A DNA stretch of 64,000 nucleotides from Lepidodermella squamata (taxonomy: Eukaryota > Animalia > Gastrotricha): the NCBI GenBank assembly GCA_047495785.1, contig JBLDXI010000001.1, forward strand, positions 1,426,001 to 1,490,000, written 5' to 3'. Below the pieces are notes generated by a model, which saw only the letters and a program-made list of their open reading frames with translations, did no database searches and had not been told where the DNA came from. Both the position numbers and the translations under genes were made by a program. Of this stretch, positions 36,088-48,432 are shown piece by piece (the stretch's first letter is position 1; each line of letters begins with the position of its first letter).

Positions 36088-38360
36088 TTCAAAATTTAAA
36101 AGAAAGAACATCTTATAATTTCGATTTTTCATTCTGGTTTTACCGACAAAATACCGGTCTGATCGTGGGTCACTTTAAGCTTAATAATGCTACCTTTGCT
36201 TGATATTCATAATTTTTCTGAGAATGAAGTGATGCCAAGATTCAGAATGGAAGTTTTATTCCTGTAATTCCTAGAATTACTTTTCGGAATTTATGTTGAG
36301 AGGCTAATCTTCTCAAAGCCCTGCCAAAGCCAGACGGTAACACCTGCTGGAAAAGCTCAGTATCATGTGTCGGGGTTAAAAAATGATTAAAAAAACTGTT
36401 TGAGCTATGGCTATTTTGTGTGAAATGAGGCGAATGAAAGTCAGCGGTTACTAAGTGTTTCCATTTCAAGTCCTCTCTGCCTACTTTTATACGAGCCCTG
36501 CTATGATGTATTGTCGGCTGCAATCCACCGTCCAGATAGTCTTGAAGGATTAACGCATTGATTAAGAATTTCAAATCATAGCTGAATGGAGAAAAACAAC
36601 TGATATAGGAAGCTCATAAGGCTTCGTCACATGTTATTTAGCCGGCTTAAACATTGTTTTCTAACTGCAAGATAGAAGTAATTTGCAAAACGAAACAACA
36701 CAAATCTTGTGACCTTAGTAGCACCGGCGAATTCGACTCTGCAGGTAAACAACAAAACACCTGAAACAAGCCATTGGCCTGAAAAATAGCCGGTTCGTTT
36801 TCAAATTTCATTCATTTATTTGCGGGGCAGGATTCGTAAAAATCAGCAATCAGCTATCAGCTGTAAGATTTCATTTATATCGCGAGTGAATGTGTCAATA
36901 AAATTGCCTTTTGTCGTCGAGTCGAATTTTTTTAACGTTTTCACTCGGAAGGAAATTTGTTTTAGCAGATAAAAATATCAAAATTTTATCGTGTTAATAT
37001 CGATATGAGAATGCCGATTTATATGAGCAGCGATCGAATGACGTATTTCCCTGTGCGGAAACACCACCTTGTTGACATTAATTGGCGCTGCTGTAATAAA
37101 ATATACACTGTATAAGATCGGTAAATGGTTTGTTTGCGGTCGATTCAATCGTAGCATTGTGTACATCACACGTTTTTTGATATGCGCCGACGAAAAGGGA
37201 ACACAGCATTGCGTGTGAGGCGCGTAAATTTACTCAATTTTTTTTCAAATCCTACCTACCTTCTTGGGTACATTCGATGTGGTGTGGAACTTTTTGTCGC
37301 TCTCATTTCCGCAGCAGTCGCGGCGAATTATTTTCTTCTCGACTGGCGATCACTGCACTGCGATTTGCTCATTTTGCTAGCACGCAAGCTTTAGACCGTG
37401 AATTTCAGGTTGAAATTTTATTTACGAGCCATTTTTAGCATCGATGCTAATAATAAATAAGACTTATTTACAGACGAGGCCCTGGGTTGGGGCATTCCAC
37501 ATCGGAAATAATCAAGGATTTCATTAGCAATGACGTAGGTGATAGTAAAAATTGGCGATTTATCCAGTAAAGCGGATTAGGTGCTTATGTGAATTGGCTA
37601 GGGAGATGTAGACCACCAGATGGCTCAGATTTTCTAATTTTCCCAACTGAATCGCCCGTATCTGTATGTTGACGGAGAGCGTGGGCCGCTTTCGGACAGC
37701 TCGATTATCACACGGTTATTCATATAGGTGGTATAGTTTAATATATTCGTTATTTTTTGCTCCCTCTTCCGGCGTGGAGTTTTCCACGCAAAATTTGTCA
37801 TAAACAATCGCACCGGCGGTTTGTCATCAACCTGCACCTACGATTCGACTCGTGCGCGGTGGAAAATGTGAATGAAGTGGCTAAAACTGGTAACGCAGCT
37901 ATAAAACCGCGTGTCCAGTGAAAGGCCGGGTTTATTTCTGCTTCGAAGCTTGATTTAAGCTTCAGTTTAATTGATGGCTCACTTTGTTAATTAAGCCTTG
38001 TATTTTCTATTTATTGTTGCACTACTCTAAGATTTATTACTAATCTGGTTTACAGTCCTATCCTATGTCCTCATGCAATTAATTTGGCCATAAGTGCGTC
38101 GCAAGTCTTCTGCGCATCTGTAAAAGGGGACCTATTGGATGCCGATTTGAACGCAAGCTTATATCTTGAATCTTCATCAAATCTTGAAATCAAAAGAAAA
38201 ACGTCAGACTTTCAGTGATTCACTCGTGATTACTAATAAGCTCTGCGGCTTATTATAATTAATTGCATTTCAACGTTTGTTTCTCCTCTTCACGGTAGAT
38301 TAACCGGCAAGTTTTCTTTTTTTAACCGTCTTACATTTCAAGAAAAAGCTCTGCGACTTC

Positions 38361-41300
38361 ATGAGCGCAACGTAAGTTTAACTTACTTTCCCCGCCAAAC
38401 TCGTCAATTTTTCAATGTATCTCAGGAACAACATCGACGCCTCGGCAGAAGCGGGGGGCTATGGCGTTACGGTCAGAGACCTCCGCGGTTTGATGGAGTT
38501 CCGAGGCCATGAAGCGCTTACAGAACTTCAAAGCCGCTTCCAAAGTGTTTTTAACCTTGCATCGTTACTGAAAACCAACCCTGAAACGGTAATTTAAAAG
38601 GTTACTTGCTCACTTTATTCATGCCTTGTATATAGGGCATCAGAGAATCTACCGAGGAAATCGAAAAGCGGAGAAGAGTGTTCGGCCCAAATTCAATTCC
38701 GCCGAAGAAAAATAAGCCGTTTTGGAGATTTGTTTGGGATGCAATTCAAGACCCCCTCCTCATCATTTTGACAGTCTCGGCTGCAGTGTCTCTCGGCATA
38801 TCCTTCATTCCGATGCCAAAGGATGAAGAAGAAGATGATGTAGTAACTACTACGCTGTCGCCTATTGTCGGAATAGGATGGAATGCTACAACTACAATGA
38901 TTAATCGAAATTTAACAACAACGCTAGCCGTACATCATGGCTGTGAGCACAGTTTGGAATGGATTGAAAGTCTGTCCATTCTGTTTGCGGTCGGCTTGGT
39001 GGTTTTCATCGGCTCTGGTATGGACTACAGTAAGGAACAAGAATTCCGCAAACTTCAATCGAAAATCAACTCAGCCCATATGGCTAATACTATGCGAAAT
39101 GGCGAGGTCACAACAATTCCAGTCGCTGAGTTGGTCGTTGGCGATGTTTGCCTGGTAAAATACGGAGATCTGCTGCCGGCGGATGGTATCATTATCAATT
39201 CCAGTGATTTACGCACGGATGAATCATCTCTAACTGGAGAATCTGATCAGGTCGCTAAATCCGCTAGTACTGATCCTTTCCTGCTATCTGGAACGCATGT
39301 TGTCGAAGGGAGTGGGCGAATGCTTGTTACTGCAGTTGGCGTCAACTCTCAGGCCGGAATAATTTTTGTCCTATTAGGACAAAGCGATGGCAACAATGAA
39401 AACAACAAAAGCGAGGCCAAACCTGCCGACGCATCTGGTTCGGCGGAGGAAGGTAAAGTGGAGGACGAAGCGAAGCAGCAAGAAGCTTCAAAACACCGCT
39501 CGATCCTTCAAGAAAAGTTGACAAATCTCGCGAAACTTATCGGCCAGATCGGCCTGGGTTTCGGCATTGGAACAGCCGTTATTTTAATCATCCGATTTCT
39601 CGCTGAAAGAATTCCGAAAAGCGGCTGGCATAACTCGTATTGGCTGTACATCGTCAAGTACATCATTGTCGGTATCACCGTTCTAGTCATCGCCATCCCA
39701 GAGGGTCTCCCCCTAGCAGTAACACTCGCTCTGGCTTTTTCAGTGCGAAAAATGTTGGCGGATAACAACATGGTCCGCCACATCGATTCGACCGAGACGA
39801 TGGGCAGTGCTACTACAATCTGTTCAGATAAAACAGGAACCCTAACCACAAACAGAATGACCTGTGTTCGCAGCTTACTTGGTGGGAATCTATACGAACA
39901 CGGCTCTGGCAACGAACAGCAAGATCGGCAACATGTCAGAGTTGTCAATGATCACCCTGAGAAATCGAAATTCAGCAGCAAATTTGTCGAGCTTTTGTCT
40001 GAAGCAATTGCAGTGAATACAGGCTACACGTCAATGGTCGAAGCTCCGTCTACTCCTACCGGTCTTCCTATTCAAAAGGGCAACAAGACTGAGTGCGCCC
40101 TTCTGTACTACCTCATGCGTTTCGGCATCAAGCCGGAGGATGTTAGATCAAAAAATCCTGAATCAAGTTTTCATAAACTCTTCACATTCAACTCGGCTCG
40201 AAAATTCATGGCCACGTGTTTGAAAAAACCGAACGGACATATCCATTTCTATGTGAAAGGAGCGTCTGAGCGTTTATTGGCTCGATGCTCTAAATACCTT
40301 GATGATGAAGGAAATGTTCATGAAATTCCAGAAGAGTTGAGGCATGACATGGATTCGATCATCGAAGAAATGGCTGGAGATGGGCTAAGAACACTCGTCG
40401 TTGCATATCGTGAACATGAGAGCGACCCAAACTGGGATGAAGAGGAAGCTCTCCTAAGTGAACTTACGCTTCTGGCGATTTGTGGTATCGAAGACCCGGT
40501 TCGTCCTGAAGTGCCCGATGCTATAAGGCTATGTCGCTTGGCTGGCATCACCGTGCGAATGGTTACAGGTGACAACATCAACACAGCTAGATCAATAGCG
40601 CAGAAGTGCGGCATTCTAACGCCGGGAGATCGCCAGGCTTTGGTTATAGAAGGCCGTCAATTTAACGAAATGGTCCTGGATAGTGAAGGCAATGTTAACC
40701 AGGCCCGTTTCGACAAGGTCTGGCCTAATCTTAGAGTCTTGGCGCGATCTAGCCCGACCGACAAATACACCCTGGTAAATGGAATCATTCAAAGCAGAGC
40801 TGGCAAGCAACGCGAAGTCGTAGCTGTAACAGGTTTGCATTAAGTTCTGTTTGTTTAATTTTTAGATCCACCCTAATTCTACAGGTGACGGCACAAATGA
40901 TGCTCCCGCCTTGAAGCGAGCTGATGTTGGATTTGCCATGGGTATCGCCGGTACTGACGTGGCGAAGGAGGCTTGCGATATCATCATCACCGACGACAAT
41001 TTCTCTAGTATCGTCAAGGCTGTAATGTGGGGCCGCAATGTTTACGACAGCGTTTGCAAGTTCATCCAGTTCCAGCTCACCGTCAATGTCGTCGCTGTCC
41101 TGTTGGCTTTCCTCGGGGCCATTTTCATTAAACAAAGCCCACTTAAGGCTATCCAACTGCTTTGGGTCAACCTTATCATGGACACCCTGGCGTCACTTTC
41201 CTTGGCAACCGATGCGCCGACTGAACAGCTGCTGAAGCGTCCACCTCAACGTAGATCAAACCCTGTTATCTCGCTGACAATGTGGCGTTTCATCCTTGGC

Positions 41301-42062
41301 GAATCTTTATACCAGCTTGGCGTATCGTTCATGTTCGTTTTTGCCGGACCCCAGTTTTTCCCGTACGACTCGGCGAAGCAGTGCCCTGAAAAGCGACTCC
41401 AGGACGAAAACGGCCGCTGTTTATCGCCCGTGGATTCTCGAATGCGAGTCTCGGACTACGAATGTCCGAACGTGAATTTCACGATTGTTTTCAACGCGTT
41501 CGTTCTAATGACCCTTGTCAACCAAATAAACGCCAGGAGTCTCCACGGTGAACGGAATGTTTTCCGTGGTCTGCATAAAAACGTTGTCTTCATTGTCGTT
41601 TGGCTGCTCGAAATTAGTCTTCATATTATTATTATCGAACTGGCTGGACCTGTTTTCGTCACGGTGCCTTTAACGTGGGCGCAGTGGCTTATATGCACCC
41701 TAGCTGGGCTTGGTCAGTTTGTTTGGTACCAATTAGTGGTATTCGTGCCTTTTGAGCAATGGATGCAAAAGCTTCTCGCCCGCTTCGGCAAGGGCGGAAA
41801 CGCTGAGGAGCCAGATGTGCGAACTCAAACAGCTTCGGTCACATCGCTCCGGCTGCGTCATCACGAGCATATCAACAAGGACGTTCAAGATAACTACGCA
41901 GTCGCTTCTATTGTCCACCGAAAAATCGCAAGTGTGCGTCAAGCAACGCCGCCGTCGTTGTCGCGCCACGAACACAACGCTACGGCTAACAGCAACGTCC
42001 AGGTCACCGGGCATCATAATCCATCGTTCGAAAACGAAGACGTGGCAACTACTCGCTTATAG
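38361..42062 (+). CDS. PMCA: Plasma-membrane-type Ca2+-transporting P2B ATPase, paralog 2
   Basis: Exons 38361-38371, 38426-38588, 38636-40832, 40885-42062; all catalytic motifs present (TGES, PEGL, DKTGT, KGASE, TG|DGTND); ends ATTRL*. Confidence 0.95.
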
Positions 42063-42501
42063 TTTTAAAATTTCAATCACTGCCCCAAAAAATGACTTTT
42101 GAAATATTTTTCTGAATCCCCTCTCTTTTATTTTTTCCACCACATTTTTAGTTTCTTGAGACTCTGAAGCTGGTAGCCTTCCGATCATCTCATCAAACCC
42201 CCGATTTTTTGGTAGCTGAACAGTGCCTTTCAAAACTGAATGTTTGAATAAAAATCATTGAGATTACAAAACTCAATCTTCGCTTTATTTCAAAACATTT
42301 ACGCATGCATACACATAGATATTATCAGCATTGGTTTCAATTACACACATACATACATCGTACAAATGAGGCGTGCATACCTCGAAATTGAGTCGAAAAA
42401 AAGAAAGAGAAAGATAAAATCATAATGTAGTTGAAAGTGAAACGCAGTCAGTTCAAATGAAAATTGGAAAAAAGAGTTTAGTCATTTTGTATCAAGTTCC
42501 A

Positions 42502-45500
42502 TCATTGTCTGTCAACAATCTTCAGCTTTTCGAAAAATTCCGAAACCGACTCGGCTTTGTACGTGCTCCTTAATTTAATTAAAAAATTGCATCAAAATTT
42601 CATAAAAATAAATTGTTTAGGCTCACCTGACGCGGCGGGCCACGCGCTCTTCTCGCTCGAACTCCGCAGCCTTGGCCGATGCCTTTTCGATGAGGTTAAG
42701 CGGCAAACCCGCCAAACGGGCTGCATTGAAGCCGTACGACCTTGGACAAGCCCCAGCCACAAGTTGGTAGAGGAAGGTGATAGTTTCAATGCCACCCTCG
42801 TTCATCTTATCATTATCCACCTTACAAGCCATGTGGCATAGACTGACGCCCTTCGAGCACCGAGAACTCTCCGACGCAATAGTCGAAACCAGCAGGTGAT
42901 AATGGGTCGAAAAAATCGTTCGACACCCGATTTTTCCGGCCAGAAATTCCAAAACAGCAGCGGCCACTGAAAGACCGTCATAAGTCGCTGTCCCGCGGCC
43001 TAATTCGTCTAGCAAGACCAGCGAATGTTCGGTTGCGCGTTGCAAAATCACGGCAGTCTCGGCCAATTCAACGTAGAAGGTACTCTCACCAGCTAGAATG
43101 CGATCAGACGCGCCCATTCGCGTGAAAATTCGGTCAACAGGTGATAACCGCATTTTCGCAGCCGGGACACGGCAGCCGAGATGGGCCAAAACCACTAGAA
43201 GCCCGACTTGTCGCATTAAGGTGGATTTACCGCCCATATTCGGCCCGGTCAAAATCAGCGATGACGCGTTTGAGTTGTAGTTGATAAACGTGTCATTTGC
43301 AATGAGGGACGAACCAATTTTGGGCAGTAAACACGGGTGAGCACCACGTTCAATCGCGATGAATGGTTTGCCGCCGTTCCCGTCATTCGCGTCCACGAAT
43401 TCAGGCACGCAGTAATCAGCATTTGCCGAGTAGTTTGACAACGCCATCAAGCAGTCCAGGGTCGCTAAACAGCGGACAACTTTCTGCCACTGCGGGAAAT
43501 ATTCGTCGAATTTAGCGAAAGTAGCCCGGATCGAGTCACGAAGGGCTAATTCACGCCGCTCTTCCGCGCTTTGCAAGTCAGCGAATAGCCCATCGATCTC
43601 AGTGGTTCGGTAACGCCGGAAGCCTTTCCGTTTTGAAGAGAAGACGAATTCACTGGAAACTGACTTATCTTCAGGAATCTCGAGCTGGTAGCGATTTTTC
43701 GCCGTGCCGAAATATTCGCATTTTGCTACTCGCAGCTCTTTTTTGTAGTTCAGCCGCAAATCTTCGAGTTCCTGTTGAATCTGCTGGATTTCACGGCATG
43801 CTTTGTCATAAGCGGGGCAGAGTCCGATTTTCGGTGTAATTTTGCCGGTCTTCTTCGCCTCGTCCAGGTCGAACAGCTTTTCAAGCTCGTTCAATACTGG
43901 CTCGATATTCGGTACGAGGCCGCCTTCGCTCTCCAGAAGAGTGCATTTCTTAAGAAGTTCCGATGAAAAACCGTCAGAATCGGCAGCTGACTTGGCGAAT
44001 AGCTTAAAAATCTGAACGGCAACACGGAAACCTGAAAAGAACAAATAGCAAAGTTATACAGCAATTTTCCAAATTGAGGCTGTTGGCAAGCAAATGGGAC
44101 TAATATTACAATTTGAGAAAAATTCAAAATTTCTTAACTTCAATTCGTACATATGGTAAAAAATGTGGTTAAATCTTTTCGACTGCGACCCAGGCTCCTT
44201 CACTCATGGCGCTTCTTTTTACAATAGCTCCTAAAGCCGAAGGCAATGGTGATCGATACTACATTCGGAACGAACAAAGCTGGGTACAAATTGATCCTCT
44301 TCCGTTTCACCAACGCCGACAATGGCAAAACTGCAGTTGGCACAATAACAATGCTGCTGGATGAAACTGATGAGAGCGTGGGAGAAGCCTTCAAACTCTT
44401 CAAGTGCCTACATGGCACGAGCGTCTGCTTGGTCGACAAAGAACTCAAGCAAATAAGCCTTCTCGAAGATATCTTTATCTTTGGATGCCTGGTTTAGTTG
44501 AGCTTGCGGCACGTCAACTGCGCTGAGGTTGAGGTAAAAGAGAGAATGTACGCTTGCGTTCTTGCCATGTCAAATTCGCATGAGAAATCCAAATTCGATG
44601 ATGCTCACCGAATGTTCATTGAAGCTGCAACAGACATTGAACTTCGCATCGACAAGAAGCATGCCAGCCTTCTTGACTTCTGTGGAAATTTGGGTGAAAG
44701 TGCACAGAAGCTTGCTGGAAACTGGAAACAATGGGCAATGACACGACAAATCGAGCTGAAGGAACTTTTGGATCGTGGAAAGTAAAATCATAGTATCAGA
44801 AACACCCATTGGACGACTCTTTGCCGGCTAAATCAATGGATGAAGATCTTCGCGAACAACTAAGGGATAGATACCGGTTGCCGATGGAAGAGGAGCGGCT
44901 GAAGGATCACCTTGAGCCATGTCCAAGGCAATCACTCGGCACCGATTGCGGCGTTTTCGCAGCTGCCTGCTTACTTCTACTCATCGATGGCGGCGATCCA
45001 GGTGTAACCTACTTCAAACCCTCTACGGACATGCGAAATCACCTCGAAAGTCAGTATGCAACCGTCTTTCCGTCATCGAAAAAACGCGGCCAAATACCGG
45101 AGCCCGAAGTCATAATCCTTCGCTGAACTGAAATCTAGTACTCTTAAAGATACTTAATGATAATACCGAATATTGATCGGGAAAAAGGTTTGAATGAGAA
45201 CAAAATGAGAATAAAAATCATTCAGTTTCATTTTCTGAAAATATCTAAGAATAGTCTAAGAATAGCCATTCCAATTATTATATTAGCATTACCTTTCATA
45301 GTAGAAACGAGTTCCTCAATTCGCTTTTTACGATAGCTGTCCTCTTCGAACATGACAGCCCGGCTATCAGGGTGGCCAGTTGATTTAGATGGATGGCCGA
45401 ATGTGTGCATTTTATTCAACGAGCGGTCCAAATCCGGCAGTTTTGACATCAGCTTAGACACATCCTTCGACAGGCCCAGGTCATGCCCGAGTTCAGAAAT

Positions 45501-48102
45501 CGCTGCCTGGCGGTCGGCGATATCTTGAACTCGAGTTAACGGCGAACTGATCCATTCTTTGAGTTGGCGGCGGCCGAATTCGCTGGAGCAAGAGTCCAAC
45601 AGCTCGAATAGCGTGCCTTCCAACGTTCCAGTCGAGCTGTTCTCCATGAGATCCAAGTTTCGAAGAGTGATTGAGTCCAAAACAACACGAGAATTGCGAA
45701 TTTCAGAGCACTTTTTCCGATCGCTGTCATCCATCCGGTTTTCACTGCTATCAAGCGGAACATCAGGCGGAGTGTAGTTGACAAATTGTCGCAGCGATAA
45801 AACGGTTTCGTCGATCAAGCATTTTCGAAGGTAGGCAATCAAAGCGCCCAAAGCTCCGATGCATTGGAAGTACTTCTCATCAGGCCGCGGAACAGCTGAA
45901 GCAGGGTCGCTCAGCATTTCGGCAATCGCAGCTGGCCATTCGATTTCCGGCGCTTCCGGGTCTTTGCGGAAGTAGTCCGATTTCGCGAGGTCTTTAATAG
46001 TCGCCTCAGCGTTCCACGCAATGCCAGTCGCGCTTAAATTATCACGAAGGGCTGATGACGCAGCTGTAACCAGGACTCGTTGCGTTTCCTCGGAAATGCG
46101 CTTCCGGTCAGTGATAACTTGAGCGGCCTTATTAGCGGCGATAACTGTCCGCAAGCTGCTTCGAGCTCGGTCATCCGTGAACTGGGACAAATGAACAGTT
46201 CCGATAGTAGTATCAACAAAAGCGATGCCGAATATGATTTTGTCCGAATCAGGGACAGGGCGTTCGGAGACCGCCATCAAACAGCCTGTGCTCGAGTCAC
46301 CCAAGCCACCGCACATCATATCAGGGGTTCTAGTACCCGCTAGGAAAAGACTTGAAAATCATCGGATTGCAAGTAGATTAATGTAATTACCTGAAATGAT
46401 TTGACAAAGCTCTCGCCGCACGACTTTGTCCTTGTCAGCGGCGGGGCTCTTGCTTCCGAGTGATTTAGCCTCCTTTGCTCGCTCAGCCGCGGCTGCTGGC
46501 GTTTCGGTTTGCTCAACTCGGCCGACTTTGAAGCCTCTTTGGACCAATTGATCGGCATAGCGGGGATACGCCATTTCCGGAAACCCAGCATGAGCGACTT
46601 CACCCTAGAACGAAATCGGAATTTTTCGGAAAAATTAAGGAGGAGCAGGACATACCCTCATGAAAATTAGGCCGAGCTCATTGACGGCAGTTACAGCATC
46701 CATGTGATACAACTCGTAGAACTTTCCAAGCTGGGAACAAAAATCGAAATTAAAACACAAAAATCAAAATCCGAACTAATCCACCTTAAAACACAATACA
46801 GTGTCGAAATTTTTCGATTTCATGATCCACCACTGTTTCAAAGCCGGCGTTTGTTTGGCTAGGAAAGTTTCCGGCACATACAGGGTTGTGGCATCATAAT
46901 CTGGATCATCAGGCCTCCGGCGCATAGCATCGCTACAAAATTCGAAAAATGTTAAAAATCACTACCTAAATTGTTGGTCTAACCAAAGGTTTTCAGGCCG
47001 AAGGAAAGAGTAGTCTTTGCTACTGGCGTGGGGGTATTGCGATGGATCGCGCTCTCCGACGTCGTCGTTACTGACCGAGGGCGACTGAAACGCAGTGAGT
47101 TTATCCTTCGTCCTGCCACTCGTCGGAGTCGTAGTCGCCGATCTCGAACTAGCGGCACTTATCGATCGACTGGGCGTAGTTGAAACTTTGCCTGACGCCT
47201 TCTTCGAAGATGCCTTCCGCTTTTGCTTACTACCCCGACCGCTATCGTCGTCACTTTCGTCGTCAAAATCAGCCTCTTCTTCATCGTCGTCTTCATCTTC
47301 GTCCAACTCGTCGTCGTCGACAATGAAGCTATCATCCTCTTCCTCACTTTCGGCCTCTTCATCACCGTCGTCGATTACACTGCGGCGCTGGCGCTTTCCG
47401 CCTTTTTTAGCCGATGAAGGGGCGCGACGTTTCTGGGCCTTCTTCGAACTTTTCTCCTCAACTTCCATCACATCGTCATCATCATCGTCAGACATGACCA
47501 CAACCCGCTTTTTGCCTGAAATAGATTTGTCATTAATTTCACTCTTTTTCTCAGATAATCACACGAAAAAGCAAGCGGGATAGTTTGAAAATAAAAAACT
47601 GAAGAAGCAAGCGGCAAACTCAAGCTGAAAAATCACACATTTGATAAATACCTCGCTCAATTTTGACCAATTATTCCGCAAAATATCTCAATTTTAATTT
47701 TTAAATCTAGAAAATTTAAGATGGATGACCTTTGGTGACTGTTGAAACATCTTCAGGGTCGATTTCTTCAACTTCGTCGTCATCTTCATCCTTCAGTTTC
47801 TTTTTCGAGCTCTTTTTATTGTCAGATACGGAAAATCGAACGCGACGATCAGCTGAGCCGGGCGTTTGAAGCTCTTGTTTCTTCAAACCACCCACCCGAA
47901 GCGGCGTGCCGACGCTCTGTTTGTTTTCCTTGAGCGGGTCAACACTAGCTGAAATTTTCGACTCAGGCGAACCAACTTGTTTATCCTCGCCGGTGGTTTT
48001 CAGCGGCGTTTTGTTTGCAGGCGAGTTAGCCGGCTTCCCGAAGAACGAAAACAGCGTCTTCTGCTGCGGACCAGGGGTGCTAGCGCCCTTCTTCGCAGAC
48101 AT
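42502..48102 (-). CDS. MSH6: DNA mismatch repair protein MSH6
   Basis: PIP box QKTLFSFF, acidic N-terminal region, FK|[25 protein letters not shown], Walker [47 protein letters not shown]; multiple introns. Confidence 0.95.
44246..45126 (+). mobile_element. Decayed Mutator-like (MULE) transposase fragment plus Ulp1/C48 protease fragment, antisense in MSH6 intron 44032-45292
   Basis: [28 protein letters not shown] (MULE-domain-like); [13 protein letters not shown] (C48 Q-x4-DCG motif); interrupted by stops. Confidence 0.65.
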
Positions 48103-48432
48103 TTAAATAGAAAAAATACCAACAAATAACGTCTATTATATGAGAAAAATAGGTCACGCTTCGTAAATTTTTATTACTTCGCATGTTTTTCTTATTGATT
48201 TTTCAAAACTGTAAACTTGAAATACAAAATTTTCGCAGTTTAACATTTTCGAGCAAGTTCGATGAGCGGTTAGATTTTTGGTCATGCAGAAGAAATTTAT
48301 ATAGTACACACAGAAAGGACGCCGAAACAACAAAAGCAGGTACATATATATAACAACGATCGCGGTGATCTCATGTTTATACGATAAGAGCTAACACGAT
48401 CATACAGACGAAAAATTATATAAAAAGAGACT

